Source: Fimicolochytrium jonesii (Eukaryota). From it: a stretch of DNA of 64,000 bases. The notes under the pieces were generated by a model that saw nothing but the letters and a program-made list of their open reading frames with translations, was not told where the DNA came from and ran no database searches. The stretch lies in assembly GCF_025526975.1 (NCBI RefSeq), contig NW_026515669.1, positions 1,798,001 to 1,862,000 on the forward strand, in the 5' to 3' direction. Position numbers and translations under genes: made by a program. Below, one piece after another: positions 53,801 to 64,000 of the stretch. The stretch's first letter is position 1; each line of letters starts with the position of its first letter.

Positions 53801-56000
53801 GCGCCGAAACAGTTGTACAGCACACCGAAGAAGATGGCACCACCACGGGAGAACGAGCCACTGGGTGTCGGGTCCAGTTGGAAGAACGCGGATCCGACGA
53901 TGATGGCCATGACGGTGTCAAACACCAACCTGCCGATAAGCGCCACGTTCCCCTTCTGCAGCTCGACCTCGCGCTTCAGCGCCGCCTTGAACTGCTGCGA
54001 GAGCGAGGTCGTGTACTGCGTCTTGAGCAGATCGAACCGGCCCAACGCCTTCTTGTTCTCCGTTACCTGCGTCCCGAAGGTCTCCTTGCGCTTCTCCTGC
54101 TCGATCTGCGCGTCGATCTCGTCGCGCTCCGCGCACATGTCCTTGTACACCTGCGACTTGAGGTACGCTTGCTCAAACTCCTCGTCGCTGTTGGGGAGTG
54201 CGCCCGTCCAGCCTTTTCGCACGTCGCGCTCGTTGGGCTCCGTGATACCCGTCAGGAAGTCGGGCATCACTTTGCGCTTGGGGCAGTAGAACCCGAGGGA
54301 CTCGAAGTAGGCTTTGGCGTCCTTGGCGGGGCCAAAGTAGATGCAGTGGCCGCCGCTGACGAGGAGAACGCGGTCGAAGAGGTCGTAGATGTCCTGACTG
54401 GCTTGGTATAAACTCAACACTGGGAACAAAGGGTTGGGTGCATGAGCACATCGAAGGCGTCAACACATGTAAGAAACTCATCAGGAACTCACCATTGGCA
54501 GTCTGCGAAATATCGGTCGCAGTCCTCAACGCCCGCACGAAATCCAAGGCACTCGACGAATCCAGTCCCTTGGTACTCCCGTCCCAGAACCCAATACTAG
54601 CCGCAGCACAGATCTGTTCGGCAATCGACACCCGTTTCTTCTCACCACCCGAACAACCGCGGATGTTTTCGTCGCCGACTTTCGTGTCGCCGCAGTTTCG
54701 GAGGCCAAACACGCGGAGGAGCACCTCGATGTGGGTCTCGATGCGTTGCCGGCGGGTTGTGTCGATCGCGCCGCCGACGCGGCATTCGAGGACGAAACGG
54801 AGCGTTTGGCGGACTGTGAGGGGGCTGTAGTGCGGGTCTGGCAGATGAAAGAGAGAAAATACGGTAAGCAACCCAAAAAGAACGAAAAGTGAAGCGCCCC
54901 GAACTGATGATATAAACCGACGCTTACCATCCTCAGGACTATAAGCGATATAAGAACTGTAGTTCTTCTTGAAGGTCACCCGGTCAATGCCGTTGTACCG
55001 CACATCCCCCTCCACCTTCGACAGCCCCTCCGTCACATTCGCCAACGACCTCAGCAACGTCGAGCACCCCGCGCCCGGTCGTCCAAGCACCAGCGTCATC
55101 TCCCCCGGCTTGATGAACCCGGACATGGGCATCAAGATCTGTCTTGCGGGCGGCTTGGGTTTCTGCGTCTTGGTCACACCGCGCACGATCCCCTCCACAA
55201 GCGGCACGGGGTTGAAGATGTTGAAGATCTTGGCGCCGACGGTCTCGATGTGCGGGCGGGTGATGCGGTTTCCGAACACGGCGAGGTTCTTGTACGTGAC
55301 CATGACGGTGGGGACCTTGAACCCCGCATCTCCCGCGACCTGCACGCGGGTGGCGAGGAAGGTCTGCAGGTCAAAGTTATCCTTTGTGGGATCCACGCCC
55401 TTTTGTCTGGGGATGAGGAGGGATTTTTTGGATGAGCGCCGGGTCGCGGTGCTGACGGCGCGGGTGAGTTGGTTCAAGGGTCCTTTCCGCGATTTGCGGT
55501 CGTCGTCGTCGCTATTAGCGTAGTCGACGTCGACGACCGCGGCGTTGGCGGCGGTGTTGGCTGCCGTTGGGGTGGACGGGTCGTGGATGTCGTGATGATC
55601 GTCGTCATCGGATTCGAGGTCGCGGTCGAGTTCGTTGACGCTGATGACGTTGCCGTTGGCGTCGCGGATGTAGAGGGGGGTTGTGAGAGCTTCACCGAAG
55701 AGCGTTGCGCGGTTGGCTTGGCGGATGCGGGCGGCGGCGTCGGCTTCGTCTTCGACTTCGCTGGGAACGACGATGTCGCCAGAGTTGTGGGTTCCGGAGT
55801 CTGTGTGGGGGCAGGGGGCAAAAACGCGGATGAGCATGAATATCCAGGAACGGGATCGCTGCGAGTCTGTCTGGGCGGGCTCCTTGTAGATGACATTGAC
55901 GTCGAAACATACCTGTCGTTGGAACACTCCCCCTCCAGACCGGCGCGCCGACATTGTCGGTCACGACCAGATTGACAGAGCTGCGGTTGTTTGCAGACAT
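50805..56000 (-). CDS. PDR/ABCG full-size ABC transporter, multi-exon
   Basis: NBD1 GRPGAGCSTLL and CSGGEKKRVSIAE; NBD2 GSSGAGKTT, RKRLTIGVEL, LDEPTSGLDSQ and CTIHQPS; two TMDs. Confidence 0.95.
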
Positions 56001-58743
56001 CTGTACTTATTTGCCAACAGAAACCTGGTATGAAAAGCGCTCGATGTTCTCAATGCCCGAGATCGAGATCGGTATATGTAAGCGAATGAAAGGGGCTGTT
56101 GCAAGATCTGAGGGTATGACAACCCAACGAATATTTGATAGGCCAGCACTCGAGATCGAGTGAGGTTAGAAGAGTGAGCGAACGGTGTTTGGGTTGGGTA
56201 TCGGAACGAACGATGGGAATGAATGAACACTTTCTTTGGAACAGGGAGGCGGCCACGAAACGGGGCGTGGACTTTATACTCGTCGAAAATGGCCCTATCC
56301 GGGTGCAGCATCTCATAAGGAACGCCGCCTTGCTTCCCTGATTTCTCATCGAGGCCCACGGTACTCTATTCGCGTGTTGGAGCACGCTTAGATTTCTTTC
56401 AGTGTTGTGGGGGGAGGGGGCGTACTAAGGGGGAATATCCCTGCATCCCGTGGCAAGCACGTCAATTGGAAGTTTACGCTCTTTGCAGAAAGTTCGGCGT
56501 CCGAGAGCGGTGAGGAGGGTTGAAGGCACCGCCCTCGATCGACGCACCCGCGCTGCGTTGCATGCGTGTCCGGGAATCCGGCTGGTCAAAGCATTCCTTG
56601 TTTGCGAAAGCCTTACCGAGTGGCAGGCGCCGCACCTTATCCGCTGGACACTTTTTGCAGGCAGCGAGCGGGAGCCGACTCAGCCGAGTGAGCGGGAGAC
56701 GGGTATGACGGAGTTTTGCCAGACTTGAAATGGTTATCCGTACCCGGCAAAACATACATACATAAGCCCTGGGCATGCAGCGAGGACGCGTGGAAGAGCC
56801 GTTTTGCGAGTGGAAAAAAACTCGCGAGCGACTCGGAGGCGTTTGCGTGTTACTACTATCGATACATAGCACTAGCCGCGGGTCCGTCTCTGCTCCCACT
56901 CACTTCCCCACAGGCTTCATGTTCAAATCCATGGGAGTCAATGGACAGTTAAGTGACTGCAAGTTGACAAGGTACGTCTCGGACGAATCTCGGACACCAT
57001 TTTCGTAAGGACAGCACTCGTCATTGTCGGGGTTTCAATTCTGAACAGACCCACCGATCGATGACTGGAAGCAGCATATGCCATCATTGCCATGACATGC
57101 GGAATCCAAGGCATGTGAAGAGCACCCGCGGGCCGACTGGCTCCCCAAGAATTTAATTTATCCTTGCGCTGCCCATTGCGATCGATATCTGGGGAATTCG
57201 ACACTTTGCGCAGTCAACAATCGCGTTGTGGCATGGAGCCATCTCCGACAACAACAAACACCCACGGACTCGCGGGCGGTGGGCGTCAACCCCCAATCAA
57301 ATATACAAACAACCAACAAACAACCTCGGAGGCTTCGTGCCGAGGCTTGCGGGCGTAAATCCTCTTTTTGGAAGATCCAGAATCATATGCCGATCCGTGC
57401 ACAGCTTGAAGTCGTCTCTCACCGACAGACTCTCCGCTATCATGCCACAGGTGTGAACTCAACACGCCCTCGAGATCGAGCAGGCAAATGGAGATCCGTG
57501 GAAAAGTCACTGCAGGACGCCCAACGCCGCAAAGCACCGGCGAACGCCCCGGATGCATCGCTCAACTTCCGCGCGCACGCCTCGTTTCCATCAAGGAGCT
57601 CAACGACTCTAAAGCGCAGGACAATCATAGCGGCAGAACGCACGAGGCTCGGGGCTGAGAGGGAAACGTGCTGGAGAAAACAGAGGCCCGTGGTAGACCG
57701 CACATTGGAGACGGACGGATGGGAGCGAGTTTGGTGGGCGTGCCGACACAGACGAGTGCCATGTTACATGTGAACATCCACCGTGTGAGAGTGTGCATTT
57801 CGATTCGCCTCCGTGGATTCCGCGCATGATCTGCATATCCAACATAGAGTCTACCACAATTCTGCAGCTTGATCCCAACCCCACGCAGGCGGCCTCGGAG
57901 CATCGATACGTCGCGAGAGAATATGGTCAGGAAAAAATTGCCGCAGGACGCCCCAACCGAAAAGAAAACGGCGACCGCCCCGGATGCAACGCTCAACTGC
58001 CAAAATGTTGTAGATACAAACGTTTCTTTACCCCACTCCTCTTTCTTCATTCAGGAGTCCGACGACGCAACGCACGTAGGACATCTGTCCGTAAGCGGAA
58101 GATAGCACGAGGGGAGGATGCTCAGGCCGAAGAAAAAAACAAGACGGACCGCGACTAGACGGCAAGTGCGCGATGGTTTTTTTGTTGTTGATGCCGGACC
58201 ATGAGCGCGCCCAAAGGCCATCTTATCCGGATGCATGTGCGTCGCAAGCAAGCGATCGCCTTCCCGTGGGGAAGCTCTACGCCCAGCACTGAGATCCGCC
58301 AAATCTTCGACCGGAGCAAAATGCACGTCTCACGTTGCTGCCCACATACATACATACCGAGTGCTGTCACCACATGCCAACATGAAAAGGTGAAAAGGGT
58401 TCCAGCCCCGTGGACGGATGGTAAACGGCCGCGGCAATCAGTTCTTCAAACTGAGGCTTTCCACTCGAACGAACCCCCGCCTGCATTTGCAAGTCCCATA
58501 TCCCCAGTTTCACGCCGCACCAGCGCACCACACCGTTCGAATATGCATGTAGAAGTTGTCACTGCTAGGACAAAACAAATGGTTTGAGATTTGCAGTCAG
58601 AACAACCCATCGGCTCCATCCCGTCGAACGGGCAAAACATCTATATACCCTACGTGAATCCCAATATCTACATATAACCTACTTACATCCCACCACCCCT
58701 CGCAACACGTCGTAATCTACATCTACCGAAAAACGCCCACCCA

Positions 58744-61700
58744 TCATCCCTCCCTCCTCTTCATCTCCTCCAACCCCACCCTCACATACGCCCGTTTCAC
58801 ATTCTCCTCTCCATTCCCGGTCGCAAGCACCGCCACCCGTCTCGGATGTCCATTGTTCCCGTCCCCCAGCATCTCCACCGCCCGCGCCCTCAGCGTCGGG
58901 AGATCGTACGCCTCCAATGCCCTCCTGCGTCGTTCAATCGCATCGAAATGCGGCTGGTCGTCGTCATCATCCCCATCCATCTCGTTCTCGTCAAACGCCA
59001 GATGCTGCATAAACCGCAACTTCCCCGCCGCGGTGTCGTACGGGCTCCGTAGGCGTGCCAACAGCGCGGCTTTGATCGAGTCGAAGCGGGGTTGGAGGGT
59101 GGCGGCGTCGTCGGCGAGGGAGCGGAGGAACGTTTCGGTGAAGAGCTCGATGCGGGAGAGGAGGTCCCGTGGATCGTGGGTGTTGGATTGGATGGCGGCT
59201 TGGAGGAAGAGTTGGTGGGCGGCTTGGAAGCCGCTGGACGAGACGAGGTAGCCTGTCTGTTTTGTGCGCGGGGGGGGGGGGGGGGGGGGGGAGGGTGTGA
59301 GTGTTTGACTGGGGACAATTCACGGACCCACCCCAACTTGAGACGCGAGAGGGGGACATGACACTTGTACCTGCTGCCGAGTCCGCAACTCCGTATAAAA
59401 CGGCTCCTTGACCAACTTCACCAACAACTCCTGCGCCGCCCGCAACTCATAGCTTTTTCTCCCCACGTTCAACGCCCACACCACCGCGTTCCCCTTCACA
59501 TCCACCGCCATCTCATGCAGCATGGGGCGGGTATTCGTGAACGGGCGCACTTTTGTTCGCGACACCTCCGAAGGCGCGCATGGCTGGCCGGGGAGCATGC
59601 GGTGCAAAGTGTCCCATGAACGCCGCGCATCGTGCTCGGTGACGTTGCCGCCGACGAAAGCTTCGATGTAGCGGGTGTCGAAGAGGGTGCGGGAGAAGTG
59701 TTCAAGGTCGGCGAGGGTTATAGAGTCCACCGCTTCTGCGAGCTGCCGCCCATAAAATTCATTGTCAGTTAGCCACGACGGTCAGCAAAAAAAAGGGATG
59801 CCCCACCAACCACACAACCGCACCTGAGCAGAAGTACAATACTCCTCATAAACCACTGCCGACATGCACTCCATCGCCTGCCTCACAGGCCCGTCCCTCC
59901 CCGCATCCCGATACCCTCTACTCGCACTCTCCCTAAAGATCCCAAACTCCGCCTCCGTAAACCCGGGCTCTCGCACGCACCCCAACACGCTCTCCAGCAA
60001 CAACTGCGCTTTCTCGCTGTACCCCTCAACAGAGACCGCGATGCCCGTGTCGCCCGGTGCGACGGCGACGTCGTAGTGTAAGCCCGCGGAGGCGGCGTCG
60101 TAGGAGAGCTCGGTGAGCCGTTCGTTGACGAAGCGGGTGTAGAGGTGGGCGAGGACGATGGAGCGCGGGTTGTTCGGACGGATCTTGGGGGTCTTCAGTG
60201 TGAAGGCGTGCAGGCATTCCGGGACGAGGAATTCGGAGTCGGGATAGAAGTACAGTTTGCCGGCGGGGTCGGTGGGGTTGGTGAGTTGGGGGGAGAGGGG
60301 TTTGTCCTGTTGCACATAAACGTGTGTGCGTGCGTGTGAGTATATATGTATCAAATAGACGAAGCAGTTACACCCGGATAAAAAGAAGAAGCTACGCAAT
60401 GCCGGCACACTACCCGCTAATCCACCCACACTACTTACACCAGCAACTCTCAACATATCCTCCACCCTAACAACCTTCTCCCTCGGCTTCCCCACCTCTT
60501 CTCCTCTTCGCACCTCAACATCATCTATCCGCTTCCACCCCTCAAACGACACCGTCTGAATTCCTCGTGCGTCCAGGAGGGGTTTAACGGATGCAAAACC
60601 GCCGGATGTTTTCGAGGTGGCGGGGGTGAGAGAAGGGATGTTGCCGCTCCGCACGTCGTCGATGATGGTATCGGCGGTCTCGACGGCGTCGTACATGGTG
60701 GCGGCGATGACGCCTGTCGGGCCGCGTTTGACCCAGCCGGCGACGTAGAGGGGTGGTGAGGGTGTTGTGTTGTCCTAAAAACGATTCGTTGTTTATTCAT
60801 GTGAGTTCTCAACCTGGGATGCATATCGCGCCCCCAACTCACCTCATCAACAACCCTCCCTCTGACATTCGGCACCCGTCCCCTCCTTTCATCAAACGGC
60901 AACCCGGGCAACGGCGCGCTCCTATACCCAATGCTCCTCACCAACAACCCCGCCTTCAACACTTCCATCTCACCCGTGCCCACCGCCTTCGGAGCCCCTA
61001 AATCCCCCTCCAGCCTATTCCTCTCCACCATCATTGCTTCCAGTTGCCCATCGTCTCGCGTTTCGAGTGCCACGGGACTACGGAGGAAATCGAGCGTCCA
61101 TGATTTTGTTGGCGGGTTGTTGGCCGGGAAGGTCTTTGTAGCGCCTTTGCGGAGAAGATCCATGAGGCGTTGGCGTTGGCGGTCCATGATGGAGGCGCTG
61201 GCTTTGACGTGGGAGTCCAGGAGGGCGACGTCGAGGTTGAGTTTGGTGTCGGGGAGGGCGATCATTTCTCGGAGCTCTTTTGACGTGAATGCGATCTACG
61301 GGGCTGAATATTCAGTGAACGCCATAATCTCGCGTGAGCACAGAGAAAGCGTGACCCCCCTACCTGCAACGGCCCCCGTCGACCCACAAGCCGCACATGT
61401 CTAACCCGACTCCCCCTCAGCGCCTCCAACGCGTACTCCGTAATATCCGTCTTCGCCAGCTCCTCCACCGGCCTCAACAGTGTCCTCGCCACATCCAACG
61501 CCACATTCCCCTGCCCGACCACCACCGCCGTATCACTGCTGACCAAATCCGGTTTCAGATCCGCATACTCCGGTGTCCCGTTATACCACCCGACGAACGC
61601 GCGCGCGGAGAAGACGTTGGGGATGGTGTCTTCGTTGGGGAGGGAGAGTTTTTGGTCCTCGCTGGCGCCGTAGGAGAAGAGCAGGGCGTCATAGCGGGGT

Positions 61701-63951
61701 TTGAGCTCGGTTAGGTCGAGGTCCCGCCCGATGGTGACGTTGCCGATGAAGGTGAAGCGGGGGTCTTGGGAGAGGAGGTCAAATTTGTGGATAACGTTCT
61801 GTAATGTGAGGGGAGTTTTCTGAGTACGTTTACTTGAAGTTGGGGATCTTGTATTCATCGCTCACCTTGACTTCCCAATGATCCGGCGCAACGCCATATC
61901 TAATCAAACCATACGGGATGGGTAAGGAGTCATACATATCCACATGCACATTAGGCAGGTTCTTCAGCAGATGTTGAGCGGTATAAAAGCCAGCCGGCCC
62001 AGCACCAATGATCCCGACATTCAGCCTCTTGGTCGACGCCGGCGGAGGGTGTGCCGACAGCGAGTACGCGCGGATTTGTGGCCGAAGCGGGTGGCTCTTC
62101 GTCGAGGACACCCGACCACCGACCCCATTCGTGGAAAGCATCACAGGCGGACCGTCACGGCGTGGAACGATCTTCAGATTCTGCGGCACATACGGGTTCG
62201 GCTTCGGGTATTTCACCTCCGTGCCCGGTCCCAGCCCCGTCCACCGCGCAACCTCGTCAGCAATCGGTCGGTTTGCATATTTCGCGCCCATCCACTTTTC
62301 GGTCCTATCAAGCTTGACCTCTGCGTTGGGCGGCGCGATTATCGTGTACATGCATTTATTGGGGACCAGCTCGGTGAACAGGGCGCGCGCGGCGTCTGGA
62401 TCGAAGCGGTCGATGAAGTAGGAGCGGCGGGGGAAGGTCTCGAGGCCTTCTTTGCGGAGGAGGCCGCAGAAGTGGGTTGCGATGGAGGAGTTGCGTTGTT
62501 GGTATTGGTAGCCTATCTTGCGCATGTAGTTTTCCTCCTCAAAGAGGTGCTGCGAATGAGGGACGTCTTGATCAGCACGGCGCTGGGGTGACTGAGCCGC
62601 GACTCGGATCGCAAGACCGCAATAGAATCGACCTACCTCGGGATACGGTTGCTCCGCCAATGCATTGATGGCCTGAAAAACGCGAGAAACCACTCCCCTC
62701 CATTCCCTAACCCCTTTCTCCGTCAACGAGATGGACACCTCAAACAGCAGGTTATCAGCCCCCAGATGGCTTTTCCCAGCCGACAACCCCTCCGCAAGCT
62801 CATGGGCCCTCAAAAGCGACAACAGCGAGTTCGTCCCTTCGTACCCCAACACCTTCGAGGCGAGGTTAGCAGGCTTCGTCGACATGTCGTGGTATTTGAA
62901 CGGAATCTCCCATGAGAGCGTCAGCTCCCGTAGGTTCTTGATGGGCTCCACCCACGTCAGGGTGCCGTGCAGGGAGTCTGGGAACACGCGTCCGTTGGTG
63001 GTGGAGAGGATCGGGACGTCGCTATTTGGGATAGGACTAAATGCCGCGGCTGCCTTTTCTGCAAGCACCGGGATAGAATCTTTCCCCAGCAGTGCAAAGT
63101 TCATCAGATTCGCACTGTAGTTCTTCCGAAACCAGCCCTTCAAGTAATCTTGATCAATCAGCTTCATCGTCTCCAGATTCCCCGTGTTGAACCCCGCGAA
63201 CGGATGTTTGGGGTCGGCCAGTTCTTTTCGCACATGCAGTACGCGCCATCCGTCCTGCTCGATGTTCTTCTTGAACTCCTGGTCCACTGCGTTCATCTCG
63301 CGATCGACGCACGACTCGTTGAAGAGCGGCTCGTAGAAGAATCGCGAGAACCGGTCTAGAGCGCCGTCGAAGGCATCTGGTGTCACGGATTGGAAGTAGT
63401 AGAGGGAGTGGTCGGATGCTGTGTACCCGTTCAAGGCACCATTGTGGTCATAAATGAATCGTTCGTAGTCGTATTCATTGGGATATGTTTTGGTCCCAAG
63501 GAACAGCATGTGTTCTGTAAAGTGTGCCGTGCCATCGTGTCTACAGATGCATAGATATGGGTAAGAACAAGCAAGGGAGGAGACCCTAAACCCCCATGAT
63601 TATATCCCCTGCAACTAACATGCCGTCCATCCAACTTCCTGCCTCCACCGACAGCGAGGCTCCTGTGACGGGCGACTCCTTGTCGGAGATCACCACCCCC
63701 TTTATCCCATTAGGCAGCTCCAATTTCGCAATCTGGCGGTTCTCCAGCTGCTTTGTGAGAACTGGGATGTTGAGGTCCACCGGCAGCAGCTTGTATTTCG
63801 GTGCCGGAGTCGGTGAAGTGAGGGTGCTGGAAGTGAAGGTCCTCACTGACGCTGCTGCTCTCCGCCTCACAATGGCGACAGAGGCGGGGTATCTCCAAGG
63901 CCCCAGCCGCGAGGCAGGCGGCGGTCGCTGGGAGAGGAGCCGCCTATGCAT
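58744..63951 (-). CDS. M16A insulinase/pitrilysin-family metalloprotease, interrupted at its inter-half hinge by ARH1
   Basis: Exons 63951-63620, 63540-62637, 62549-(62124 or 61866), 60306-59824, 59742-59371 and 59256-58744. Motifs HFTEH, REMNAVDQE, HPFAGFNTGNLET, PKPNPYVP and ELRTRQQTGYLV. Presequence-like N-terminus. Confidence 0.9.
60439..62141 (-). CDS. ARH1: NADPH:adrenodoxin/ferredoxin oxidoreductase coding region (~500 aa) embedded in the insulinase gene
   Basis: GIIGAGPAGFY, PYGLIRYGVAPDH, AFVGWYNG, VVGQGNVALDVAR, GRRGPLQ, SIGY, YVAGWVKRGPTGVI and GKPREK. Introns 61799-61865, 61296-61363 and 60775-60842. Confidence 0.95.
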
Positions 63952-64000
63952 GTGGGGTCCTCCTCGTATCAGTATGTACTATATGCAAGTACAGCTCTAA

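Noticed and set aside
55040..55090. Cys instead of Lys in the ABC NBD1 Walker A (GAGCST)
   Set aside because: Normal degenerate site of fungal PDR transporters.
56001..58743. Genes or ncRNAs in the 2.7-kb region upstream of the ABC transporter; CGAGATCGAG occurs three times
   Set aside because: Short ORFs lack motifs or a convincing exon chain, no tRNA or snRNA signature was seen, and the motif recurrence is too weak to call.
63612..63625. Apparent GC-AG intron donor (GCATGT) in insulinase exon 1
   Set aside because: Phase analysis requires the canonical GTTAGT donor at 63619, which restores ..DGIHDGTAHFTEH.

Overview
Gene-dense, intron-rich eukaryotic DNA, most likely from an early-diverging fungus (chytrid-like; inferred from gene content and mostly ~60-100 nt GT-AG introns). 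About 24 protein genes can be supported: a small secreted Cys-rich protein, OXA1, Yippee, ARF1, SEC18/NSF, RPR2/Rpp21, SRP receptor alpha, kynureninase, a THADA/Trm732-like protein, a mitochondrial carrier, IMPDH, a 4-exon LAMTOR5-like gene missed by the ORF track, an MgtE-type transporter, MCM8-like, FUBP-like KH protein, POL1, an F-box protein, FBP1, KTI12, a TPT-family transporter, a PDR ABC transporter and an M16A insulinase. Top finding: a complete adrenodoxin/ferredoxin reductase (ARH1/FDXR) coding sequence, with its own presequence-like leader, sits in frame on the same strand inside the hinge of the insulinase gene. It has no stop codon, and the phase-0 splice sites allow either a ~1503-aa tripartite polyprotein or a ~1009-aa insulinase by skipping. 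Second finding: a shared hairpin/GCGAGCGAAGCGAGC element lies in sense orientation in three oversized (350-358 nt) first introns. Family calls come from motif recognition, not database searches, and exon boundaries were inferred by eye.
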